Source: Cladosporium halotolerans (taxonomy: Eukaryota). Taken from it: a stretch of 38,175 nucleotides of DNA. The stretch spans positions 1 through 38,175 of the forward strand of contig NW_027191521.1 of NCBI RefSeq assembly GCF_011745625.1, read 5' to 3'. Shown piece after piece: positions 20,207 to 32,125 of the stretch. The position numbers and the translations under genes are program-made. Numbering within the stretch: position 1 is the stretch's first letter; every line of letters starts with the position of its first letter. The notes under the pieces were generated by a model that was given only the letters and a program-made list of their open reading frames with translations, was not told the DNA's origin and did not search any database.

Positions 20207-23200
20207 TCAGTCTCTCGCTTCCAATCCAAGCGCCATTCTGAATCGAGTGAACAACTCCTTGTTTAGTGGCTTAGTCAAGCCGTCTGCAATCATCTTCGAC
20301 GTCTTTGTCCACTGCATATCAACATCGCCATCTTCAGTCCGCTCGCGGACGTAGTGGTGCTGAATATCCACATGCTTCATCCTGCCATGAAATTGAGGGT
20401 TCTTAGATGAAGCAATAGCACCTTGATTGTCTCCAAATATCACGGTTGCATCCAACTGTGCATGCCCGAGGTCCTTCAAAAGCAAGCGTAGCCACATTGC
20501 TTCCTTGGTAGCCTGTGTTTGTCCGATGTATTCAGCTTCACAAGTGGATAGTGATACTGTAGCCTGCAGCTTGGATGACCAACTAATGGTCCCGCTACCT
20601 AGGTTGAAGACGTAACCAGAGGTTGATCGCCGAGTTTCTGAGTCTCCGGCCCAGTCTGCATCGGTGTATCCGAGCAGGGATGCTAGATGTCCAGTGTATA
20701 CAAGCTCGTAGTCGAGAGTACCTCGAAGGTAGCGCATAATACGCTCGACAGCTGTCCAGTGAGTCTGGTCGGGGTTGGAAGCAAATCGGCTTACAACTGA
20801 GACAGCATATGCAATGCCTGGGCGGGTGCCAAGCATAGCATACATCAGGCTACCGACTGCCTTCTGATATCGCTGCCTAAAGACCAAGCTAGCGACGTAC
20901 TCAGGATCAGGTTTCTTGAGCTTAGCTCCTGGATCCATTGGTACTGCGGCAGATTTGCAGTTCCACAGATTGTGGCTTTTGAGAAACTTCTCAATATATG
21001 CTTGCTGGCCGAGGTAAATGGTGCGGTTCGCTCGGTCACGACGTACTGCCATACCAAGGTAGTAATGACATGGTCCAAGGTCTGTCATTGTGAAGCGAGC
21101 GCTCAGCGCCCGCTTGAGAGCGTCAATCTCATCCATGTCAGGACTAACGATAAGAAGATCATCGACATAGACCGCAATAAAGGTAGCGCCTTTGTAGAAC
21201 ACGCTGACGTCTGCAGAAATCGGCTTATACCCAAGGCTCCGAGAAACTGAGTAAGGAGGTTATACCAAATCCGAGGGGACTGCTTGAGGCCATACAGCGC
21301 CCTGAGGAGTTCACAGATCCACTCCTTATTATTGTCTGGGGATCCATCCACGTCCAAGCCTTCCGCGTCTGGTTCGGCCTCAAACCCGGTTGGTTGATCG
21401 ACGTATACCTCATCTAGTATATCACCGTAGAGGAATGCAGTCTTAACGTCCATCTGATGGATATGATAGTCTTTTGCAGCAGCGATAGCAAATAGAGCCT
21501 TGTAGCTCATTGGCTTGACTGTAGAGGCAAAGGTCTCAGAGGTGTTGTCATCGTCTTGCTCGAAGCCTCTAACAACCCAACGGGCTTTGTATTTTGCAAT
21601 ACTACCGTCTGCGTTGCGCTTCAGGGTGAAAACCCACTTGCCCCGGAGTACTCGCTTGCCGTTGATTGAGGATCGCTTCTTCAAACGCCAAGTTTTGTTT
21701 AAGCGCAGAGATTTCACTTCCTCGTTCATTGCAGACTTCCACTGGCTCCAGTGACCACTAGTCTTCGCTTCGTCGACAGTCTTAGGTTCAAATGGCTCGG
21801 TGAAGAGTGAAGCAAGCATCAGCGTATAGCAAAGTAGCGTAAAGTGTCTGTTGTCAAAGGAATCTGGTTGCTTGATCGCTGGCTGATGAGCCAAAGCAAT
21901 CGCTGTCCATTCCTCATCTGGGTATAACGTGTTTGGCTTGTTGCGTCTCGGACTTCCGGTTGTAGTACGCTCTGATTCAGTCGGTGTTGATGGTCTCGAA
22001 GGTACCTCTGGTCGTTCAGATTCGTTATCTTCATCGCCGTTCCCTTGACCTATACGCCCGAGAGCTTCTCGAGCTTCCTCAGCTAATGCTATCTTCTTAG
22101 CTGTTGCGTCAGCTGCATTGGCTGCCGCGGCTTTGTCTGAACCAACAATGCTGTCCGGAGGAGCCACAAATGGCAGTCCCCCTGGCTCAACGGGCTGTGT
22201 TGTGCTATTCCCATCAGTTGTACAGTCTTCGATAGGTGAGAGTGTCTCTGGGCCAGTGTGTGGTCTGCGCTCCCTGATTACGACGTTGGTACGCCATTCA
22301 GGCTTGCCGCTATCGCCGTCAGGTGCCACAAGGTAGTTGAAATGTCCTTTGAAGCCGAGCAACCGTCCAGTAAATGCCTTGGTGCCTACGACTTTTTGCC
22401 TCTTCCTCTCTGTCTTGAGTACGTACACCTTGCTACCGAGTGCTCGTATATGAGAGATATCGGGCTGTTCGCCTCGAAACTTCTCGTACGGAGTGACTTC
22501 GTGCCTGCTACAGGGTGAGAGGTTTCGGACTTCCATAATGTAGTGTTTGACAACCGGAGCCCAGTAGTTAGGGCTGACACCAGCAGACAGCAGTGTGGGT
22601 TGAAGCTTTTCTTCAATAGCCTTGTTCAGTGCTTCTGCACATCCGTTGGCTTCGTGTTGTTCAGTATCTGAGTACTGCAAATCGATCGCTTTGTCGTAGG
22701 CCCAGTCTTTATATTCAGTGCTTGTGTACTCTCCACCCCTGTCTTGAATGATGCAGCGTGTTACCCGTTCAGGACGCCCATGTCGCTCGAGAAAGTGCCT
22801 AGTACTTCTGAATACCTCCGACTTGTGAGATATGGTATCTACCTCGGCCCACTGCGTATAATCATCTAGGTGGGTTACCCAGTATCTGCTACCGTCGATG
22901 GCCTCGTCAAACGGTCCAGCAACGTCCGTATGGATGACTTCCATCGGAGAAGTACCTCTACGGAGGTGGCCGTTGTGAGGCCGCTGTCGCATCCGTCCAA
23001 GTACGCAGGCTTCACAGATACAGCGGCCATCCGGCTGTGTAGCATCCATGCCTGTGACCATAGTGCGTAGTCTCTTCAGGCTGCTCTCAGAGAGATGGGC
23101 CATTCTTTCGTGCCATAGTCGTAGGCCGGCGTCTTCGACACTATACGCTGCCGCAGCCATGTCTACTCCGGCTAGTCACGCCGTTGTGTCTAGCATGAGC

Positions 23201-25377
23201 AGTCCAGCCTTAATGGTAGCGCCGAACCGATGGATGCCTTGCGTAAATGTGAGGCCGTTGTCCGTCTTGTGAATGTTGTCGATATATGGCCACAGTTCAC
23301 TTAATGAAAGTAGATTGACCCCTGCTTTCGGAGAGTATCGAACTTCCGGTATTTCGAGCCATCTAGTACCAGCAGCTGTCTTGCATTGCACTCGAAGAGT
23401 CCCCTTGGCTACCGGGGTAACCGTGGCTCCACCAATACCGTTAGCTGTGTGTCCTTCAATGGCTTTAAGTGATCCTTCGACAAAAGCATCTTTGCGGCCA
23501 ATGAGGTGTCCGGAGGCGCCAGAGTCAAGTATCCATGCGTCCCAGAGGTTTATGCCACGGTGAATTGCCATATACTCGCTGGACGTAGAGCTGTTTGTGA
23601 ACAATGCCGTATTGTCGGTAGGTTGCGCTGATTCGGTGCATAAAGTGATACCAAATTGGCCTTGGTAGTTATCGCCAAAGATTGCTTTCTTTGTAGCAGC
23701 ACCCATGATCGAGATACCTGTATCTTTGTTGTTATACGGACGCTTCTGCTGTGTTTGCTTTCGTGCCAGACGCGCCGCCTTCAACAGCTTCCACCACTCA
23801 GGTGCAGTAGAGTCATCTGCCTCCCAACACGGTTGGCCAGCTGGATGAGGATACTGCTTATTACACGTCAGACAAGCCTTTCGTTGTTGTAGGTTCTGTT
23901 GACGGTTTCCGCTGAAATAAGCCTTAGTCGCGTCTTTGAGATTGCGGCCTTCGTACTCTTCTGCGAGTTTGATTGTGCGTTTAATCGACACAGCCTTGTC
24001 TTGGTCCTTGCCTTGGTCCTTGTCTGAAGCCACGATGGCATATCTGAGGTTGAATGACGTTTTGAACTCTTTGAAGGAGTCTGTCAGCCCATGTAAGCAA
24101 GCTTGCCAATGGTACGAACACTAAAGGGTACCCTGTGCGGGTAGACGTTTTCTTAAAGGGTAGAGAACTGAACAGGACATTTGCTTAATGAACACTATGA
24201 CACAATGTATAGCCGATGAGTAGCACTTCTGGCGAGCCTGATTTTGTGTGCTTGTGAGGATGTTTTTTTTCAAAAATGTCGGATTCCTGTATCACCCCAA
24301 CCCCTACCCTGAGTCCATGCTGTCGGGGAAATCATTCGGCCGAGAGATCCACGACGAAGCGCGTTCGGTCGACGCGTTGCTTTGAGAGAGAGCTCTAGCA
24401 GTATAATACGCCGCCTGAAGTGCTTTGCGATGGCTGACATTAATATGTTGTCGGACGATTCATCCTGTGTTAGCGAACACGAGGGAAGCGGTTTCGAATA
24501 TGTGAGGACACGCAACACCCCAAAGCAGGAGTACACAAGCTAAGAATGTCCTTAGAGCTGGCTCATTCACTCGCTCATCGTTGAGAGTATTGTCAATCGT
24601 CTATAGAGCCCTGTCCCATGCGAAACTCTTCAACTGTCAATCTGTAAGTATATGTAAAGAAATGGAGACTGTCGTGTTCTTTAATTCTTCGATGAACACT
24701 CTAAAACAATGTCACGTGATTGCCAAGACTCCTTGTGGCACACCCGAACAGCCAAAAGGCTTAATGAACAGCGATTTTCTTAAAGGGTACGTATAGGGTA
24801 GGGCCCCTTATTGGGTATGCTTACCATCGCCAAGCTTGCATGTAAGAACTTCTGTACCACAAACGATTCTGGCAATGCTACCGTGCTATGCAGGGTTTGC
24901 ATATCGTCTGTCACCTTCTGAATCTGAGCCCCATAGTCGGAGACGTTCTTGCAGTTGGATAGTGACAGGTCGTTAAAGGTGGCGCAGAGATCTTCGTAGC
25001 GGCCAGATCCAGACTCTTTAAACTCCTTGTCAAGCACTTCAAGTGCTTGCTTGATAGGTGTTTTCTTTTCCTTCTCAGCCATGAGCTTGCTCGCTCGATA
25101 GCCACATGTCTCATCCACTGTTGCGAATGCTTGTGACTGCTTATCCATCCACGCTTCCAGTCTAGCTTGGTAAGCGCCATTGGCTTCATTTTCATTGTTC
25201 TCGCCTCCAGCTTCGTGCTGCTTTGGCATTTCTGTCTGTCGTTCGAGGATCGCTGTGAACCCAGTCATTATCAGGCAGTTTTTGATCTGCTTGTGCCATG
25301 ACGGCCAGTCCTCTGGCGACTCCAGCTTCTTGAATGTATTGAAGGTCCTTCTTGGACTGTTCACGATACACCGACAT
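20207..25377 (-). pseudogene. Copia gag-pol with frameshifts (about 25332 and 21235), a MITE insertion and an in-frame TGA (23176-23178)
   Basis: WILDSGASGH (protease); LWHERMAH, CEAC, IHTD, QDRGGEY and NGCAE (integrase); KARWVVRG, QMDVKTAFL and YVDD (RT); YTDADW, EAEY, DNQGA and ADGLTK (RNase H). Confidence 0.93.
24098..24838. mobile_element. Non-autonomous hAT element (MITE, 741 bp) inserted in Copia gag
   Basis: TIRs CAAGCTTGCCAATGGTA and CAAGCTTGGCGATGGTA (15/17). 8-bp TSD CATGTAAG at 24090-24097 and 24839-24846. Removal restores QKFLH|GLTDSF. Confidence 0.95.
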
Positions 25378-25574
25378 TGTGTTGTTGGATTGCTTTGTGT
25401 TACAAAGACACGAGAGGAATATAGTGGTTTGCTAGCTCGGTAATTGATGTTTGCCTTGCTGCTTACCACTATCTACTGCCTCGTCATATAAATATGAAGC
25501 TCACTGCCTATTTCGTTAGCAAAGTATCCAATTGATCGAGGGCTGCAGGGGTTGCAGAGTTTTTAGAAATGTTG

Positions 25575-25771
25575 TGTCGCAGCCACGTCGCAGCTACGTT
25601 TCAGCCATGTCGCATCTCTGTCGCATCTCTGTCGCAGCTACGTTTCAGCCATGTCGCAGCCTTGTCGCAGCCTCCTTGTCGCAGCCGTGTCGCAGCCACG
25701 TCGCAGCTGCGTTTCAGCCACGTCGCAGCCTTGTCGCAGCCTCCTTGTCGCAGCCGTGTCGCAGCCACGTC
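25575..25771. repeat. Minisatellite of ~11-bp (T/C)GTCGCAGCC units with a 69-bp higher-order duplication, in the Copia 5' leader
   Basis: Directly visible tandem units; CGTTTCAGCC recurs at 25641 and 25710. Confidence 0.9.
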
Positions 25772-25958
25772 ATGGATTATTGCTGCCTCAACAAAATCGT
25801 CTTATCTTCGAAGATTGGGTGTCTCCCAATCCGGTGCTCATTGCAGTGTTGTTGCCGTAAAGATAAGTTGAATCGTGGATAACAGCCTCCTTCTTAGCTA
25901 TGTGAGAACATAAAACGAGTGACAACAACGCGGAATAGAGCAATCCGGGCTCATAACC

Positions 25959-26079
25959 TGTTGAAAAGATGGTTGAGTGTGTATTGTAGAAGGCTAAGTT
26001 ACAATGTGCACTGCTACAGTACTTGTAGTAGCATGTGGGTCCGTGCCTGAGCATCCATGCATCCATGCATACTTCAACA
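25959..26079 (-). repeat. Copia 5' LTR
   Basis: Matches 20042-20162 with one substitution; followed by the PBS on the minus strand. Confidence 0.97.
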
Positions 26080-27458
26080 GCATCCGCTCTCGCTCTCTTC
26101 TCCATTTGCGACACTTGAGCATTAGGTGTGCCACGCTCTGTCTGTTGTCATTGCACCACCAGCAGCGGGCGTCGTGCACTCTCTTTGTCCTCATCAGATG
26201 CACACCTGTCATGGCGTGCCCCGACTTCAACTGCAGGTATCGCGTTGCTACCGCTTTGTTCGCGTCGCTGATGCGCTTGTTCAGCTTGGGTGATTGCTTC
26301 CCGCTTACCTTCACACATTGTTGCGCGTAGGAGATCGATGCGGAACGCATGTGTCGCGGTTGTTGTCGTGCTGCCCGACTTGCCAACGCATCGGCAATAC
26401 TCGCCCCTTCAGCCTCTGCATCGACAGAGATTGATGACAGTGTCAAACCGTATCCTTGCGCTTTAAGCTGCTTGGTTTGGTTTACGATCTGCTTCACCAG
26501 CGATGGCATCCACCGCCTGAGCCTGGTGACCGCTATGACAGCTTCTCGCGAATTCGTCACAATCTCTGCGTTTCGCTTTCCCGTCTTATGCAGGCTCGAG
26601 CAAGCTTCTTCCACCGCCATGCTGACAGCGAACAGATCTGCATCCACGACGGTTAGATATCTGCCGAGTGACGCTGCCTCTGTTCTCCAGCAGCCTTGCG
26701 CTTCCCACGCGACGCCCGCTCCGAAGCTGTTGCCTTCGGCGGTACCGTCTATGGTCCTTGCGAACAACGTGAGCTGTTCTGGCTGTTCCTCACTCCTCCG
26801 TTGTGTCGTTGTAATGTCCGGGCCGCGAACCCTGACATCGATGCCTGTTTCCGGCGAGCCCAGATCTTCGAGGAGGCCGAACCCGTATTCAGTGTCGTAG
26901 GCCAGCTTCTTAGCTATTTGCTGCGCCAGCCTGCCTCCGAGTGTACGGTGCGTTTTGTCGGGGCTGAGCCAGCCGACGCTTGACAAACGGTCTACGGCTC
27001 CTTCGTGTCTGTACAACTGGCCCATCCGAAAGTTCGGGGGCAACAGCTGATGTGTCGGGTGGTCTTGCGCGGCAGCAAGAGCTCGCACGGCAAACCGCGT
27101 TTGGCGATAGTCCAGCAGTTCTCCAGCACGTGGCAAGCAAGCTGCCGAGAGCAGGGTAGGGATCGGTGTAGACAATAGCATACCAGTGATGGCCCGCGCT
27201 TGACTATTCAGCAGTAGCTGCAGACGCTTCGAGCGGTCTTGTTGTCCCCTCAATCGTCCCGGATTTTCGAAGACGTAGGTTCGGATCTAGACCTACGTCG
27301 TTTACTTGTCTTTTTCTTCGCTGTCTCCGCTTCGGCTTGATGTAGAATTTCAACTACTTTCTCTTGTGAAAACAGGAATGTACCCTCCAAACGTACCCTC
27401 TTCCCTGTAGTTCTCTTTGCGCGGGTCTGAAATAGCTCATCTTTTGCCGCTAGCTCTC

Positions 27459-28650
27459 TTTTTTTTTTAATCATACTGCATTCAAGCTATATAGCTTATG
27501 GCACGCCGGCTATCTTCGCGACAATCTCTGTGTCTTCTATGTGTGCCCTCGCTTTGGTCTTCTACTGTAAAATCCTGCTCGCCGTCCCGACTCCACCAAG
27601 CCGCCACAGCTTTTGGGCTCAATGCCCTCATACCGTTCTGTCTTCAGTATCGCACCTCATCTGTCCCTCCCCTCGCTCAGTTCTCACGTCCTGATGTATT
27701 CGGCCTACATCTCACAGCTACACTTCCGCCGCCTGTGGCTGACCAGCATTAGATGAACATCAGTCTGTCTGCTGTTGCCGCACTGTGAGCATCGTGCTCT
27801 ACGAATAATCTCGATTCCCACGCTTCAGGGAGCGAGTCGTCCATACTCATGTCTGAGGATACCAAGATCGCATGCCGCGGTCCGTTCTGCCTAACGTCGA
27901 GCTGAGGCGCGTCTGTTTCTTCCTGGCTCTCCTTGCTTGGGTACTTTTCATTGTTGGACTCGATGTCCATCAACGGCGGGCTACTGCGCATTTTCTGCAC
28001 GTCGCTTGCACGTTTCTGCCGACTCGAAAACTTTTCAGGGCACTTTCGTGATGTCGCCACATGGGCTCCTCCACAGTTCGCACAGTTCGCCGCGTGGTGT
28101 TCGCACGGTTCTGCCTTCTTGCCGCAGCCTTCGGCGGCACATTCGGTGTTTGGCACCGTCGTGCTCGCCGGCGCAGATGTAGCATTTCGCCATTTCTGTG
28201 CACCGGCCGAAATGGTCGCGGCCACAGCATTGCATGCACATGCTGCCTTCTCCTCTTTCCCAGAACCTCTCTGCTTCGTGGCGCCTGCCGCCAAAGGATC
28301 ATCCTTTGGCCAGGATCGCATCCGCAGCGTGCTTGGTCTTCACAGTCAAGACTAATGTCGATCGCTTGATGTCTCCACTGTCGGATCGCTCGGCCAGCGT
28401 GTCGCTCTTTATCCATCGCGGTGCGTAAGGAAGTTGGGATCCAGTCATCACTTCGATCTCTTCCGTGCCAAGTCCAGACCACTTTCCGTCAAGTAACGGT
28501 CCAGTGCCACTGCATGCACGCGCAGTTTGCGCCACTTCTCTATCTTCTCAACATTGATGACCGCGGTGTCTAGTTTCTGCACAGCGGCCATGACGGCTGG
28601 CGCGTACTCCAGCAGTTCTTCGGCCCCCGCATGCCGGCGAACAGTATACA
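27459..28650 (-). mobile_element. ORF1-only Tad-like LINE derivative (degenerate gag with CCHC knuckles, then 3' UTR and poly(A))
   Basis: CMQCCGRDH..C, CYICAGEH and CANCGGAH..C, with frameshifts and a stop. The stop at 27749 is followed directly by the shared 3' motifs and a T-run at 27459. 5' boundary approximate. Confidence 0.8.
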
Positions 28651-29328
28651 TTGTCTACGTAGTGCAGTGTATCAAATGCATGGTGGCTTCGACAGGGCAT
28701 GTACATACCCACCACAATAACTTCCCATCATCACCGTTAGTCGCAAGGACGCCGGACTTTCTGACTCGGGTTCCAGGCCAGGCCAAACCTTTCCCCATAT
28801 CCTGCTCGCAGTTCACTCCTTAAGCCAGACCTGTCCCACCCTCGGTCGTACCGAGTTAGGCGCTCAATCTGACCGACACGCGCATCCTGTCCTCTCGGGC
28901 CACCTAGGCAGTGTCTCTGTCGCTACCATTAGGTGCCTCGCCCCAGAAGTGACCTTCCTTCGCGATACCTTGCCGGGTCTCCCTCTCATCAAGGCCGACC
29001 GTGTCTCGCAGCCTTGCTCGAGTACTATCTACAGCCGTACGGCAGTACTCTTGCTTTTCCGACCACTAACCAAAATGTCCGTCTGTTCTCCCACCTGCTA
29101 TGCCTGTTCTTCACTCTCTTCTCTCTTCCTGTCCTGCCCTGCTATGCCCGTGTCCCTCTACGAGTCCGGATGAACTGTCGTACGAGGCGCCCTGCCGCCT
29201 CCCGGCGTGGTACGTGGTAACATCTTTGCGCCTATTCGGACGGTCCTTAGACCCGGTGTACGCTCGGTGCGGAGTGGCGGGAAGGCTTTGTACCTGACGG
29301 CGAACGCCCTGCCTAGTCGTACAAGGTC

Positions 29329-29437
29329 TTAACGAGAGCTTCGAGCCGGATATTCGGAGGGGGAGAGATCCGATTAACAAGAGCTTCGGAATTGCGGTTA
29401 ACAGGAGCTTCGAGTGGTGTGGTTAACAAGAGCTTCG
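29329..29437. repeat. Four spaced direct repeats TTAACRRGAGCTTCG
   Basis: Copies at 29329, 29374, 29398 and 29423 with unrelated spacers of 30, 9 and 10 nt. Confidence 0.85.
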
Positions 29438-30525
29438 ATGGTTTTTCCGCGGCGTCGGCCGCATCGCGTGGTGCGACCGTGGCTGCGTCGTGAAAACTCT
29501 GCAACACCCCAGAGGTGTCCTTTCAACCGCCAAAGCCTTGGCTCTTCGGCCTGTACGCTGTACAACATACAGGGGATCTGCTTCCGACACAGATTAGCGG
29601 TTGTCGGATGGTTTTTAAAAGCGTTTTGGTGGTAGTCCTCTGTTCTGAGTTGGCAGCTCGCTGCAGCCGCCCTCCAGGCGCCCCTTGATGCGACTACGGC
29701 GCCCAACTCAGCTCCACCGTACTCTTTTAGGCTCTGAAGACGCTCGAGAGCGCTTCAGGTTCGTAGGATGCACCGGTACAGGTGAGAGTCTTCGCATCTC
29801 TCGCGCTTGTCTGTCTCGCTTCGCTGCGTCACGCTATTGCCTCTTCCAGCTTGCTGTGGAGACTCCAGCCACTCGCAAACCTGCGTTTACTGGCCACGCG
29901 CCTCTCTTCTCAGGGTTCAATACGCTCATAGTTGCCCCAGACACAAGTTCGCAACTCCTTCCGTTCCCACGGGCGATTGTCTTGTAGTATGTTAGACCAC
30001 AAGGAATCCGGAATCAGGGCAAAGAGATTCGGATGCGCAAGCTGAATATCCCAGCGTTCTATCTCTAACTTATCGCTTGAATCTTGTCGAATTCTAGTCA
30101 TAACACATTCTGGACATTGAGCGTTCGGATGCGCTTTGCCAGCTCGCTTATCTGCGCGTGTTGTGGTCCGGTCTCCATGAGCTCTGTTGCCAGACCCCGA
30201 GTGTTAGCGTGCGATACCCGAACTCAACCCCTTTTGCTGGGTCGATTCGCACAAAGCACGGTCAGCTAGAAGTAGAGATCTCGATCGTGCTTCTGCCCCG
30301 CTTCGTTCCATTATTCAACCTGTCAAGACTGTTAACTATACCATACCATTAGAGGGTCCGCAACATTTGAAAAGAACAGAAGGGAGAACGGCTGGCCCGT
30401 AATTGCAAAACCCTGAGAGCACATTGAAAGGTACGTATGTTGGATTCCACGCCGCACCATGAGTCGGCATCGGCTACCGTCATGATCGAAAACCGCAGGA
30501 GGCTGCCTGCAATCAGCGGCCTAGC

Positions 30526-30837
30526 GTGTGATCAGCAAACAAACAAACAAACAGATGCCTTAGAAATTCTGTTTGACAAACAGCTTGGCAAAGGGTCTCT
30601 AAACACGTAGTCATCGATGATATTTTTTCATCCTGGTTATGGACATCAAACATTAGTCTGTCATTATTGCAAATGTCTTCTTCACGTTTGCATCTGGATT
30701 TGGGAGTCGTCTGTAGTACACACGCGAAGACACGCGTCTACGTGAGCTGTTCGTGACATCTAATTTTGCTTCCTCTTATGGCAAGGCGTTGTTTGCCAAA
30801 CCGTGAAATCAGGCATCTGTTTGTTTGCTGATCACCC
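30526..30837. mobile_element. Mutator-type MITE (312 bp)
   Basis: TIR G(T/G)GTGATCAG(CAAA)nCAGATGCCT extending imperfectly to about 70 bp. 9-bp TSD CGGCCTAGC at 30517-30525 and 30838-30846. Confidence 0.9.
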
Positions 30838-30939
30838 CGGCCTAGCCTGTGCCAATGCGTCTGCCATGGACTTAATCCTATAGCCATCAACCTTGCGTAA
30901 TCCAAAGCGAAATAATGACCATGGAGCACAGCTTGGAGT

Positions 30940-32125
30940 ATGGAGTTCGACCCTGCCACGACCGGTAGCAGGTCAAACTCGGAATGCAAAAGACGAAAAA
31001 AACTTGAGTATAAAAGGGCCAACATTGCTTGTGGTATGGTTTCCCTAACCAGACAACCCCAAAGCTAGCATGAGCTTTCATGTCGCGTCGATACGTGTCT
31101 AAATTATCACGGGAGTAGTCTAACTCTTGAGCATAGTTCACTGTCCTCGAAGGAGGATCCGATGCCTCCTTACCGACGACGGCCCTCAAGGACGATGCCA
31201 GAGCTGCATTCGACTGAAGAAAGACTGCGTGTTCTGTTCGATTGGTCAGGAACAGGTTCTCGACAGCCGATCGCACACTAAAGCAGAATCTGGCGCTGAA
31301 ATTATCCCATTCTCTGCTGTCTCATTAGATCCTCCAGAGCCAGTCTTGGGAAGGCCACCCGAAGACCACCGCCGGTCTGGAAGTTCCCCCTCAAGTCCTC
31401 CACGCCCTTTAGTCGAACCTCCAGGGCTCGAACTACTCATTGGGCCTAAGGGGCCAATGACAGCCCGCAATTACTTTAAGCCCAGTTTTACAGCGCACAG
31501 TGCTACTGGCTCTGGGGAACTGCGAGTCTCTGCACCGGAGTTTGGCTTCCAGCCAACGTCTATGGACATCCAGCATACATGCCACAATAACGCCCTTCTG
31601 AGCTTTGCAAATGTCTCTGTGAGCCGAGCGAGAGACTGTGTGCAGACTCGGCATTGGCGCTCGAGCCCTATACTGAGAAATTTCTCAGCAGAGCTCGCTC
31701 ATACTTCCTGCACCAACAGCAGAGCAGCCGTATCTGACAGCTCGTTCTCGCACCCAATTTCGAATCCGCAGGCCTGGCACTCTACTCAAATTGTGCGATC
31801 GATGTCGCGTGATCAGGTCCATGATGGTGGACCGCCGACCTACACACCCTCTCCCACGGTATATCAGCCTCAGCACACACAAAAAGTCCCGCTTGTTGCC
31901 TTTGCAGGTGCAACATCACTTTATCTGGCCCATGGTACAGGGCGCCGGCGCGTACAATCCTGTAAAGCCATGAGTCAGTGCCTGACAACACGCTGGCTAC
32001 GCCTTTCGAACAGCGAAATCTTTTCGCGTTCCAAACGCAGGGCGCGGTGTTGGAGGCGCCTATTCCCGGTCAGCTTCCAAATATCAACAACTATCTTTGT
32101 GAGAATCCTTCATAGGCATGAATGA
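30940..32125 (+). CDS. Zn(II)2Cys6 transcription factor (exons 30940-31033 and 31137 to about 32125); C-terminus uncertain, possibly degenerate
   Basis: Splicing GTATGG..CTAAC..TAG gives KRRKKLEYKRANIACVHCPRRRIRCLLTDDGPQGRCQSCIRLKKDC with all six Cys. Confidence 0.75.

Larger units (their letters stand above)
20042..26079 (-). mobile_element. Ty1/Copia LTR retrotransposon, full length but disrupted
   Basis: 121-bp LTRs, TSD GCATC (20037-20041 and 26080-26084), PBS GGTTATGAGCCC next to the 5' LTR, PPT AGGGGTGG, and domain order gag-PR-IN-RT-RH. Confidence 0.97.
18499..27252 (-). mobile_element. 5'-truncated Tad1-like LINE (end of ORF2 with RNase H-like and CCHC regions, 3' UTR, poly(A)); hosts two later insertions
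   Basis: TSD ATCGTCCCGGA(TTTT) at 18484 and 27253. ARAITG..STP, QLKSGH and CWWC..QSVAHLMLKC at 26085-27250 continue in frame at 20040-19819 after removing the Copia. T-rich tail at about 18495-18513. Confidence 0.9.
18318..27458 (-). pseudogene. 3' relic of a second pogo-like transposon (18318-18483 plus 27253-27458), split by the LINE insertion
   Basis: GKRVRLEGTFLFSQE..KIRDD continues across the LINE TSD into QEDI*SGDDCIVVA, which resembles a fungal pogo C-terminus. TA+ACGTCAACCG candidate TIR at 18316. Confidence 0.65.

Noticed and set aside
25532..25882. Three overlapping repetitive ORFs
   Set aside because: Artefacts of the stop-free minisatellite.
29329..29437. CRISPR-like repeat-spacer array
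   Set aside because: Eukaryotic context, 15-bp repeats, irregular 9-30-nt spacers and no cas genes.
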